Source: a virus
Lineage: Duplodnaviria; Caudoviricetes
Strand: one strand, 5' to 3'
Virus record (IMG/VR): IMGVR_UViG_3300025530_000155
Coordinates: 1-49,752 of that record
DNA: 49,752 nucleotides
In this document: positions 6,896 through 15,825 of the stretch, in pieces
Layout: each line of letters begins with the position of its first letter
Position numbering within the stretch: position 1 is the stretch's first letter
Translations under genes and position numbers: made by a program
The notes under the pieces: model-generated
What the model was told of the DNA's origin: nothing
The model's database searches: none
Seen by the model: only the letters and a program-made list of their open reading frames with translations

Positions 6896-9337
6896 TCAGG
6901 TGGGGTCGGCTTTGACGAACACGTCAAAGTCGCCCTGCCCCGGTTGACCGTTGATCTGAGTTACAACGCGAACGTAGAACGTAACCTCGTCGTTGTACTG
7001 TAGCGGAGTGTCGAACTCAAGCAGATCAACGGGAACGAAAGGTGTTTCCGTCTTGCTGATCTGAACCTCCGCACTCGGAGGAAGGTTCTTCCTGTCCTTC
7101 CATAGTTGAATGTTGGTTACGGTGAATCCGGTCTTGTTGATGAGGCGAACAGGGTACGTCTCTGATATTTGCCCCGCCACCAAGATTCCTACATCGAGGT
7201 ATTGAAGGACGTTTCCCAAGTCATCGGAATAAAATTCACCTGCTTCATCGGCAAACATGAGACCTGCGTATTCGCCAATAAAGTTCAGTGTTACCGTACT
7301 TTCTTTTCCAAACTGGTCTTGTGCGATTATCGTAACGGTGTTGTCGGAGCCTACATTGACTTCGTTACTACGGAACAGTTTCGAGAATGTGACGGTCGGC
7401 GGCGCCAAGTCAGTGAACTCTTTAGTTTGGTCATCAGGATGCACCTGCGTCCCGTTAAGTAGAACTCTGAACCTTACACTGTCACTCTCCGGGTCTCCGA
7501 TAGACACATCAAGCCTGTTGCCCGTCATTGACGCAGTAATTGCCGGTGCTTGACTGTCTAAGGTTACCGATGTAACCCACGTACCTACGTCACCTTTACT
7601 ATTGACCATCTCTATTGTAATTCGGTTATAACCTAACACAAACCTGCTATTAGGAATAGTATAGCTTATAGAGATGGGAGGCGGCGCTAATGCAGTAAAA
7701 CCAGTCTCAGGATATACTTGAACACCGTTTACAAGAATCCTATATTGAACATCCAAGTTTTCATCTTCTGTAATTGTCCCCGATAAAATTACGTTTTCAT
7801 TGTGAATTGTAGTTTTGTCTAATGATCCTTCAAATTTTATTGACGGTAAAAATTCAATCAATAATACAGGACGAAAACCAAGCGGTATATTCGAAGTACC
7901 TGTAGGTAAAAAATAAGAAACATTATTATTTCCTCTAGTAGCCCTGCTTGAATCAGTTGTACTTACTGTAGTAGAAGTCCAAGATCTTATTCCACTCCAA
8001 TTCCATACATTATTATCCCCTGCTGTAATCGTTCCATTTAGAGTAGAGTTGACAATGTATTTATCCCATTCGTTATCTTTGTCTGTTGAAGATACGCCGC
8101 CTGTAAGTAGACGAATGGTGTATCGTGTTTTATCAACATACGTAGATTCAACTTTTTGCTCGAACAGCAACTCACCGATACCTGTATTAATACCTCCGAA
8201 ATTATCAGTTACCACTATCCTATAATACCTGAACGCTTCTTTGTTAGGGTTGATTAAAAACGTCTTTCTACCTTCATACGAATTTTCTATACTCGCGTTA
8301 TGAAGAATAACCTGCTCCCCTGCAAAATCTCCTGTATTAGATGCTTGCAACGTCCAGTTTTTCGGGGAGTCTCCGGGGCGGCCTACCCTACCCCACAACG
8401 AATACCTACTTATACTAACTGGTCTACCCATATCAATCTGAATCCAACCACTCTTGCCCGTAAACAGCCAACAGTCGCTAGACGATGTATTACTACCATT
8501 GAATGCCTTATAGGCTTCATACGAACTTGAATCCGCGCTAGAACGAGTAATTCTATAAGTATAACCGTTCGCGACCGCCGTATCACTAGAGAATATAGGA
8601 ACGTCTGAATATAAATAAGGGTCAATCTCTACCCCACTTCCACTTGCTATACCTTCACTATTCAAAGTATCCCAACTAATTGCATGTTGGATATTCCTGT
8701 CTGCTATTAACTTCCACCGACCAAGAGAATCTCTGTCTACACAGATAAAGTAAAAGTCTCCTTTCGGAGTATTTGAACTGGACGCAGGAATAAAGTCTCC
8801 TGTTTCTTCCCCTAGTCTACCTAACAGTCCGACCGTATTTTGACTTATAACATTGTAGTTACAACGAATACGTTTACCGATGTCTAAATCTTTAATATCT
8901 GTTACTTCATCAGGATGAAGAAGGCGGCCTGTATCATCAATATCTATAGCATCAATTTGTACATTATTTGCACCAATATCAGATGGAACTATAATTTCAA
9001 CACTATGCTCTGTATTAGATAATCCAGTTTTTTCATAAAGAAGTATTTGTGTTTGATTATATCCTATTTGACTAAATGTTTCGGTTTGTCCATCAATGAT
9101 AATAGGTACATTTGCATGTTTGTTAGTACTTTTAGGACCAATAACTCGCAACTTTGTTCCTTTAAATATAAAAGATATTTTTGCACCTGCTTGATTAGAA
9201 TATCTAGATGTATTTGCATAATGGAGATAATTATCGTCATTATTCCAAGTACCGATATATTTAAATACAGGATCTTTATCGTCATACCTCTTCCACCCCG
9301 GCTCTGGAGCAGTCAATTGATCCCCTACAGTAGCCAT
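6896..9337 (-). CDS. Multi-domain adhesin / receptor-binding protein, operon B
   Basis: N-terminal galactose-binding-like sandwich, a CLec-like domain with a discoidin (F5/8C) insert (SPKNWTLQASN, FRYYRI), Ig-like repeats, and a C-terminal domain shared with 15826-17475. Confidence 0.7.
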   Translation of the reverse strand: MATVGDQLTAPEPGWKRYDDKDPVFKYIGTWNNDDNYLHYANTSRYSNQAGAKISFIFKGTKLRVIGPKSTNKHANVPIIIDGQTETFSQIGYNQTQILLYEKTGLSNTEHSVEIIVPSDIGANNVQIDAIDIDDTGRLLHPDEVTDIKDLDIGKRIRCNYNVISQNTVGLLGRLGEETGDFIPASSSNTPKGDFYFICVDRDSLGRWKLIADRNIQHAISWDTLNSEGIASGSGVEIDPYLYSDVPIFSSDTAVANGYTYRITRSSADSSSYEAYKAFNGSNTSSSDCWLFTGKSGWIQIDMGRPVSISRYSLWGRVGRPGDSPKNWTLQASNTGDFAGEQVILHNASIENSYEGRKTFLINPNKEAFRYYRIVVTDNFGGINTGIGELLFEQKVESTYVDKTRYTIRLLTGGVSSTDKDNEWDKYIVNSTLNGTITAGDNNVWNWSGIRSWTSTTVSTTDSSRATRGNNNVSYFLPTGTSNIPLGFRPVLLIEFLPSIKFEGSLDKTTIHNENVILSGTITEDENLDVQYRILVNGVQVYPETGFTALAPPPISISYTIPNSRFVLGYNRITIEMVNSKGDVGTWVTSVTLDSQAPAITASMTGNRLDVSIGDPESDSVRFRVLLNGTQVHPDDQTKEFTDLAPPTVTFSKLFRSNEVNVGSDNTVTIIAQDQFGKESTVTLNFIGEYAGLMFADEAGEFYSDDLGNVLQYLDVGILVAGQISETYPVRLINKTGFTVTNIQLWKDRKNLPPSAEVQISKTETPFVPVDLLEFDTPLQYNDEVTFYVRVVTQINGQPGQGDFDVFVKADPT

Positions 9338-9442
9338 TTATCTTACACCTCCTTGTATTCTTTACAGAACGTCCTTTTTCTGCGTTTTCTGCCTCTACAA
9401 AATGCTTAATATTCTCCAGAGGCACCTTTCTGTTAGGTGTAG

Positions 9443-10570
9443 CTATTCCTCCATAAACTCTAAGACTGGTCTAAATCCAACTGTGGTATCTGTAGTAGTA
9501 GTAGATGTCAGGTAACTAAAATTATTCGTTCCTGTCGTGCCGCCCCTTGTCACCCTGTTCGTGGCGGCGGCAATAGAAATAATAGGAGTATCTTGCGTCC
9601 AAGTTTTTACTACATCATGGTGAAATACATCAAATAATGTATATCCTTCTTGAACTAACTCTTGTGGAAATCTTAAAATATATTTATCAAATTCATTATT
9701 TGTGGGCCACCCACCGTATCCTTGATCTGTTGTTGAACTATTTCCATTTGCGTCTGCATATGCTACACCGCCTGTGAGGGAACGGATTTTTCCACTGTAT
9801 AACCTATCGTAAAGTCCAATCTCACTAATAATAGTCCACCTTTTATTTGACGTCCTATTATTGTCAAGAATATAAACTCGGTAAAACCGATATTGGGCTT
9901 GGTTATTGAATGAGTAATATCTAACCTCTCCGCCAGCCCAGTTGGTCTCATTGCTTCTATTATCAAGGTCTACCCATACAACTCCATCCACACTTCCTTG
10001 AAATACCCAATCTTTAGGCATAGCAACAGGGTAATCAGTAGAAGACCCTAGAGAATACGCAATTACTTTCTTTTGGTTTCCTTCACCAAAATCGTACTTT
10101 ATCCAAACAGGAGGATCGCTGTTGGATGTCCACGATGACGTGTAGACTGAGATCACCCCATCAAACGCTCGGTATGCTTCTCTCCCCGCCTCATATACAC
10201 TGCTTGCACTTACCGTCCCGAAAGGTTCGGTATCGCTTGTCATAGCCGGAACTAAAGAAAATTCCTTAGTTAATCCTTGAATAAGCTTTCCTGCATTCAA
10301 CGTATTCCAACTAATACTGTGTTGGATAACTCTGTCTGCTACTAGAAGCCCTCCGTATCCGGGCACTTTATCGACCATAACGAAATAAAAGCTTCCGTTA
10401 GGGGCAGCCTCCCCAGTTACAGGTATTTCTGTTCCTGCGGGGCCGCCGAGGTTGCTAAATGTTCCAACCTCCCCGCTTGTTGATGCTTGATATTCACAAA
10501 TAATATAATCCCCTATCTCCATATCTTCAATTCTTGTTCTTAACTGTCCCTTAGTCGCCGGAACTGGCAT
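9443..10570 (-). CDS. Discoidin-containing adhesin, operon B
   Basis: F5/8C motifs (AYRAFDG, MPKDWVFQGSVDG, YRFYRV) inside a domain homologous to the middle of 6896-9337, ending GFRPVLEF. Confidence 0.72.
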   Translation of the reverse strand: MPVPATKGQLRTRIEDMEIGDYIICEYQASTSGEVGTFSNLGGPAGTEIPVTGEAAPNGSFYFVMVDKVPGYGGLLVADRVIQHSISWNTLNAGKLIQGLTKEFSLVPAMTSDTEPFGTVSASSVYEAGREAYRAFDGVISVYTSSWTSNSDPPVWIKYDFGEGNQKKVIAYSLGSSTDYPVAMPKDWVFQGSVDGVVWVDLDNRSNETNWAGGEVRYYSFNNQAQYRFYRVYILDNNRTSNKRWTIISEIGLYDRLYSGKIRSLTGGVAYADANGNSSTTDQGYGGWPTNNEFDKYILRFPQELVQEGYTLFDVFHHDVVKTWTQDTPIISIAAATNRVTRGGTTGTNNFSYLTSTTTTDTTVGFRPVLEFMEE

Positions 10571-10585
10571 GTCTTACACCCACCT

Positions 10586-11191
10586 TCACCATCTAATATT
10601 CCATTTCAGTCTCCCGCCGACTCCTGCCCTGAGAGGGGCATGGAACTCAGCGATCTCTGTTCCGTTTTTCTTAATAACAAGACAACCATCCAAATCTCTA
10701 TCAGCAACCAAAGTAATGTCAAAATAAGCAGGTTTATTATAAGGAATCGAAACAATAGGTTTAAAATTAAACTTAACCCCATCTACTTGCAATTTTACTT
10801 TGTAGCCAAAGTTGTAAGCCGTAATACGTGATGGGAACTTCGTCTCGTCCGATCTCGATAGATTAGCCCACGCCTCAGCATCCTTATAGGTAATTACGTC
10901 GTTATACGGGGCAAACTGGCCCGTGAGGTAGTACTCCTTTCCGTCCGACCTGTAGACAAGTTCGTAGACTTGTCCATTCAATTTAAAAAACCCTCCGCCC
11001 ACTTCGTAGTACAGTTTCATCCCGTGACCTACAAGACCGAAGCGCACGAGCTTGTTTCGCTGGAGGGCGTAGAAGTCTTGGCGCTTTTTCGTCTCAAAGT
11101 CATATTCGGGCAGGCAAGTACCGTCGATATACTCGCCCACCCAAATGAAATCCTGTTCCACGAAGGAGTAAGGGTTCATCGTTGTCAACAT
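10586..11191 (-). CDS. Hypothetical protein, operon B; paralogue of 17476-18066
   Basis: Shares WV(G/A)EYI(D/N)GT, LVRFGLVG, YND(V/I)ITYKDAE and GYKVKL with the paralogue. Confidence 0.8.
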   Translation of the reverse strand: MLTTMNPYSFVEQDFIWVGEYIDGTCLPEYDFETKKRQDFYALQRNKLVRFGLVGHGMKLYYEVGGGFFKLNGQVYELVYRSDGKEYYLTGQFAPYNDVITYKDAEAWANLSRSDETKFPSRITAYNFGYKVKLQVDGVKFNFKPIVSIPYNKPAYFDITLVADRDLDGCLVIKKNGTEIAEFHAPLRAGVGGRLKWNIRW

Positions 11192-11202
11192 ATGTCAAAC
11201 CT

Positions 11203-11215
11203 CCATTGTATTGGA
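11203..11215 (-). repeat. 13-bp motif TCCAATACAATGG, copy 2
   Basis: Exact match; its final GG begins the GGAGG RBS of 10586-11191. Confidence 0.95.
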
Positions 11216-11225
11216 CGTTTTTTTG

Positions 11226-11771
11226 TTACACGTATTGATAAGTGACGCGGGTTCTGAAATTCACAGCGCCCGCCGAAGCATTGCCCGGAACCCGGCAGTG
11301 TAGAGACACTTTGACGTAGTTGCCTTGGGCGTTCTCAAGCGTACCGTCGTTCTTGACGCCTAGAATACTGATCTCTCCGTTCTGCGTCGTGTGCGGAGGA
11401 ACGTTAGGTGTAAACGTACCGTCCTCGTTGGTCGTGCTTCCGAGCGTCTTAATCGGACGAGACACGGCTTGGTTGGTGTCAACGTCCCAGCCGATAGGAT
11501 GGAACGTGGTATCAATTTGGTCAACCTTTACTTCAATCCATTGACCTTCTACCAGTTCACCGGTGTTGCCGCCCCACTCATCCTTCGTCATGATGACTGC
11601 ATTTTGCATGTCAGGAACATCTTCCGTTCCTTTACGGTTGTTCCAAATCAGGAACGTAAAGTCCTGAGACACCTGAGAGGCGTCAACAATACCCAAATCC
11701 CATCTTGTGACTTGCTCGTCGTCACCGTTCGTTTCCGCATACCACGACACGAGAGGTTGAAGAACAGACAT
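11226..11771 (-). CDS. Putative virion fibre subunit, operon B; paralogue of 18134-18601
   Basis: Shares VSWY, GIVDA, TFLIWNNR, GGNTGE and RV(T/A)YQY with the paralogue. Confidence 0.75.
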   Translation of the reverse strand: MSVLQPLVSWYAETNGDDEQVTRWDLGIVDASQVSQDFTFLIWNNRKGTEDVPDMQNAVIMTKDEWGGNTGELVEGQWIEVKVDQIDTTFHPIGWDVDTNQAVSRPIKTLGSTTNEDGTFTPNVPPHTTQNGEISILGVKNDGTLENAQGNYVKVSLHCRVPGNASAGAVNFRTRVTYQYV

Positions 11772-11784
11772 ACTATCGACTCCT

Positions 11785-12192
11785 TTACGTTAGTTGTATA
11801 ACCAACTCGACCGATGCTTTGGTTGCGCCTCCCACCCGGAGCCACTTCAACCTAAAGTGGTCATTCTCGTTGACAGGAACCTCGACCTCAGATTTAACAG
11901 ACTTTCCGCCAGCGGCAAGGATAATCCCGTCGGTTACTTCTTCCCATGAAGGGTCTGTATCAAAGTCGTCCTGAGAACAGCGCTCTACCACCAACTCCGT
12001 CTCCCCGGAGCCGGACGAGACGCAAGATATGTAGACCTCTCTCAAGACCCCTTCATAGGGAAACCTGATTTCGGCAGGAGATATTCCGACATTCGGATTA
12101 GGTATAGAGAAGACGATGACCTTCTCCTGCACCGCCCTCTTTTTCGCAAGGTTATAGGCATCCTGTGCCCTGTCTAGTGCTTTAATGCTCAT
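11785..12192 (-). CDS. Small beta-rich virion protein, first gene of operon B; paralogue of 18616-19056
   Basis: RFPYEGVLREVYISC..SGETELVVE aligns with QFPHDGKIVGVSVFC..SGDTEIIIE. Confidence 0.75.
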   Translation of the reverse strand: MSIKALDRAQDAYNLAKKRAVQEKVIVFSIPNPNVGISPAEIRFPYEGVLREVYISCVSSGSGETELVVERCSQDDFDTDPSWEEVTDGIILAAGGKSVKSEVEVPVNENDHFRLKWLRVGGATKASVELVIQLT

Positions 12193-12224
12193 AAATACCC
12201 TCCCTCCCTCCGCTGTCAGTAGCC

Positions 12225-12253
12225 ATTATAAGTAGGTGCCACCAAACAACAAC
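12225..12253 (-). promoter_or_regulatory. Candidate phage late promoter for operon B
   Basis: GTTGT-N16-CTTATAAT directly after a terminator; same pattern as four other sites. Confidence 0.55.
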
Positions 12254-12255
12254 AG

Positions 12256-12286
12256 GAAAAGGGAAAGCCTACCCGTAGGTAGGCTT
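12256..12286 (-). terminator. Terminator ending operon A
   Basis: AAGCCTACC-TACG-GGTAGGCTT (cUACGg loop), then TCCCTTTT. Confidence 0.8.
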
Positions 12287-15200
12287 ACATGATGAACCCG
12301 TATGACCCCGACACCGACACAATGATCGTCACCGTAATGTCTTTTTCGTCCTCTTTCCTGATCGTTACCTCTGATGTCACATCCTTGTCGTCGGACTGCC
12401 TTACCGTTATACTGGATTCTATACTGCTTGCTTGTATGACTTCGATGTAAGTCATCTTGTCCGAAGCATAGCGAATCCTGACATTGATTCTCGTCGTGAG
12501 GTTCTTGTCTGCCTTGTAAGGAACAACGATGCCCGACAAGAGGTAGCCCGACCTTGTGGTTATTGTGGAGGGCAGGCCGGAATTGCTCCAAACCTCGATG
12601 TCGGAGTCGATGTTGCTGTCGTCGGCCTGTCTTACGACAATATGCGACCCGATTGTGTCTCCGTCTTTCTTGATGACTTGGATGTTACCTTCAATAGCGC
12701 TGGAGATGTAGACGACGACGGAGCCTTCTACCGTGTCTCTCGTTATACCTAGCTGAGTCAGGATAACGTCGTCCTCGGTTCTACGGATGGTGACTTCCGA
12801 ATCTACCGTGTCTTCTTCCGTTCTTCTTGCAATCACCCCGCCGAGCATGAACGGCCTGCTGACGCCAATGAAGGACTCGTTGTCATTCGTTCTACGAACC
12901 CTTACCGTTATGTCACTGCCAATACTGTCGTGGTCAGACTGCCGTACCACGACTCCGCCCGGAACTTCGGGCTTGATGATGGTAAGGAACGATTCCCTCA
13001 TATCTTGGTTGTGGACTTTCATGTAGCTCGGGAAGTTCTCGAATCCCCAATCGCTTTTGACCGTTCCTTTGACGACCAAATCAGCGTACCTTAGTTGGCG
13101 AACCGTAATTCCAGTCTCCGCGTCAAGGTAACCGATGCTCTTGATTTCCGGGTCATAGTATTCAATCTCAAGAACCGGAGCCTCTGTCTCCGCACCCTCT
13201 TTAGTGGAGAAGCGCACATACTGTTTCGTTCCTTGGTCAAACGGCACAAGGTAAAGGCCTTTGTTTTCCTTCTCTCCCTTGTACCACTTGTCTACGATTC
13301 CCATGAGGTCGATAGTCACGAGTCCCTTTTCCCTTCCCACGAGGCGGAAGGCGACTTCCTCTCCGGGCATCGGCCTATTGGCCCACGTAACCCCTAGTTC
13401 TGTCCAGTCCTCGTAAACCTCGTGGACACTCAGACCGATGGGGTCTTCGTTCTCCTGTTTGTTGTATAGCTTCAACTCCGCCCGCACTATCCTCATCCCT
13501 TGAGGGATTGAAGAAATGTCGAAGTAAACGAGCGAATAGAACTTCTCCCCATCGAAGCCCTCGCCGACGACCATCTCTCCATCTACACCATAGTTCAGTC
13601 GAGGAACGTTCTCTCGAACGAAGGCATCCATAATAGGAGCGAATTTCTCCGTTATCCTTGGCGGAGGAACAACATCTAACACAAGCTCCATTCTGTTGTG
13701 CGGCGGAACCGTTATACCGCTGAACACGTTCGACGTGTTCTTGACGGATATCGTCGTCTCTATGTTCTCATGGTAGATCGGAGCCACCTGAGCGGTTGCT
13801 TCCATGTACCCGTTAGGGTTGACGTATATATGAGAAGCCATGTCGCTTCTGTAAGGGATATACACGTATGACTTTACCTGATAGGCTCTTTCCACATGGT
13901 AAGAGAAAAGTTCTATTTCCCCTACAGTTAATTGTTTCCTTGACCCTCCACCTATGTTGTACAGTTGCCACCTATAGTATAGATAAGGCTCTGTAGGATT
14001 ATCGAGTACGAACGTTCTTTTCTCTTGGGCACTCCATACAGACTGTCCGTCAACTCTATGAATCTCGACCCACGTTGAGCCGTCGTTGCTTCCATACAAG
14101 AACCAGCTTTCCGGTGTCGTTCTCCAGTCATTGCCACCTACCACAGCGGGCGCGTGTATAGCATAACCTATAATTGAAACGGGGCTGTTCAACTGTATCT
14201 GTATCCATCCTGACTCCTGCCCGTCTGCGGCCACCCACCTATCTGCATCAACGCTGTTCTTGTGGTCGAACGCTTTCCAAGGGGCGAATGTACCACTATA
14301 CTGAGACGAGGCACTCACTACCTGACCGCTGGATGAGTTTGCGGTCATAGGTAGGGTTACGTCTTCATCCCAATCATAAACGTCGTACTCTATCTCGTTC
14401 TTAAACACAGAGATGGTAGTACATACGTCAAAGTAGGGACTGACCTGAACGCTGGCCTCGATCTGATGTGCATATCTTGTATTCGCCCAAGAATACCGTC
14501 CTCCATATACCCCTATATCGTCGTATCCTCCGTCAGGGGATATTCCGGTTCCTCTCCACTCAACGTCCCCAATGATGTTGAAGCCCTCATCCAATTCCGG
14601 GGTGTCGGTGATGATGTTTGACTGAAAGTCCCAATTCTCTCGCGTAGTGCCGTACCCTGAACTAAACGCACCATAGCAGTTAATAAGTCTCAAGGTTCCA
14701 TGGGTGGTTCTGAGCATATTTCGTGAGGGAGCGTCTTTTACGCAATTCCTCATTACCTTTGTGCCGCCGTTAATGTAGGAATAGTCATTGTCGGGGATGT
14801 TGGTGAAAGCTACGTTGTACCATTCCCAAATATTGGCCGCCGTTATAAAGTTATGTGCATACGTAACATTGTCCTTGTCACCGTCCCAAACCAGTCTGTA
14901 GAAATAAAAGCTGGTCACGCTGTTGTTGGTTCTGTTGGAGTAAATTCCTTCTATGTTCTTTAGTATGGTTTTACGTCCCTGTCCGATAATAGCTACTTTA
15001 GGGCTTTGGGTGGTTTGCGTAAACATGCCGAAGTTATATACTCCCTCGCCCAAAATGACGGCGTAGCTTTTGTTCGACATCCTACTGAACGCAAATTCCA
15101 TCGTCTTGTACGGAAGACTTTTAGTGCCGTACCCTTCCCTGTCCTTTCCGTACTCAGAGTCAATATAAACTACCTCATCGTACTCGCTTAGATCGAGACG

Positions 15201-15788
15201 TGAAGGGGATTCGTCTTCCTTGACGTATCGACTATTGATGTAGACATCCGTGTATAGTGTGAACTCGAGTTCTACTTCGTAGTAGAACTCTACCTCGTCT
15301 AGAGATACGCCCCAGCTTCCGTTCCTAGTCAACTCGAACCTGATATACGGGTAGCCTTCTTCTATGTCATGGGTTACGGCTGTGCCGAACGGCATGGATG
15401 TGTTTACCGTCACCCACGGAACTATTTGCGTATAGCTTGACCCATCAGACGACACGAGTATTCGGTAGTTTGACGTGGCGTCGTTCCTTGTGCGAGGATA
15501 TACCACTATCCTCCTTATCTTCTTGTACACACTCGATCCGATAGCGGTAAAATCAAAGGTAAGGGTTTGGTTTCCGCTGGAACTGGTCATCCAATACCTT
15601 GTAGCTTGGTTGTTCGCGTCAGCTATGGAGCCGTTGAACAGATACTCCATGTAGTAGTAGTTTGAGTTGTTATAGGTATTGGCCGAGCTTGTTACAACAA
15701 CGCCGTTAGGGGCGGTATAGACCCTTTGGTTGGCCCTACCGCCCGTTCCTCCTGACAAGTCTATCTTTTGAAGCAAGGCTTCCGACAT
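12285..15788 (-). CDS. Large virion appendage/adhesin protein, operon A: two discoidin-like domains, a beta-helix-like region, a DNRLRE domain and beta-strand repeats
   Basis: Discoidin motifs (PWKAFD, PESWFLYGSNDG), DSEYGKD..GTKSLPYKT motif, DNRLRE motifs (DAFV..NYG, WTELGVTWANRP, PVLEIEY) and a repetitive C-terminus ending GFIM. Confidence 0.75.
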   Translation of the reverse strand: MSEALLQKIDLSGGTGGRANQRVYTAPNGVVVTSSANTYNNSNYYYMEYLFNGSIADANNQATRYWMTSSSGNQTLTFDFTAIGSSVYKKIRRIVVYPRTRNDATSNYRILVSSDGSSYTQIVPWVTVNTSMPFGTAVTHDIEEGYPYIRFELTRNGSWGVSLDEVEFYYEVELEFTLYTDVYINSRYVKEDESPSRLDLSEYDEVVYIDSEYGKDREGYGTKSLPYKTMEFAFSRMSNKSYAVILGEGVYNFGMFTQTTQSPKVAIIGQGRKTILKNIEGIYSNRTNNSVTSFYFYRLVWDGDKDNVTYAHNFITAANIWEWYNVAFTNIPDNDYSYINGGTKVMRNCVKDAPSRNMLRTTHGTLRLINCYGAFSSGYGTTRENWDFQSNIITDTPELDEGFNIIGDVEWRGTGISPDGGYDDIGVYGGRYSWANTRYAHQIEASVQVSPYFDVCTTISVFKNEIEYDVYDWDEDVTLPMTANSSSGQVVSASSQYSGTFAPWKAFDHKNSVDADRWVAADGQESGWIQIQLNSPVSIIGYAIHAPAVVGGNDWRTTPESWFLYGSNDGSTWVEIHRVDGQSVWSAQEKRTFVLDNPTEPYLYYRWQLYNIGGGSRKQLTVGEIELFSYHVERAYQVKSYVYIPYRSDMASHIYVNPNGYMEATAQVAPIYHENIETTISVKNTSNVFSGITVPPHNRMELVLDVVPPPRITEKFAPIMDAFVRENVPRLNYGVDGEMVVGEGFDGEKFYSLVYFDISSIPQGMRIVRAELKLYNKQENEDPIGLSVHEVYEDWTELGVTWANRPMPGEEVAFRLVGREKGLVTIDLMGIVDKWYKGEKENKGLYLVPFDQGTKQYVRFSTKEGAETEAPVLEIEYYDPEIKSIGYLDAETGITVRQLRYADLVVKGTVKSDWGFENFPSYMKVHNQDMRESFLTIIKPEVPGGVVVRQSDHDSIGSDITVRVRRTNDNESFIGVSRPFMLGGVIARRTEEDTVDSEVTIRRTEDDVILTQLGITRDTVEGSVVVYISSAIEGNIQVIKKDGDTIGSHIVVRQADDSNIDSDIEVWSNSGLPSTITTRSGYLLSGIVVPYKADKNLTTRINVRIRYASDKMTYIEVIQASSIESSITVRQSDDKDVTSEVTIRKEDEKDITVTIIVSVSGSYGFIM

Positions 15789-15801
15789 AACCAGTCACAT
15801 C

Positions 15802-15814
15802 CCATTGTATTGGA
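15802..15814 (-). repeat. 13-bp motif TCCAATACAATGG, copy 3
   Basis: Exact match, 13 nt before the ATG at 15788. Confidence 0.95.
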
Positions 15815-15825
15815 ATATTTGAACC

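Noticed and set aside
7860-9600. Complete diversity-generating retroelement
   Set aside because: No reverse transcriptase is present, and the two GFRPVL-coding regions differ far beyond adenine positions, so they are not a TR/VR pair.
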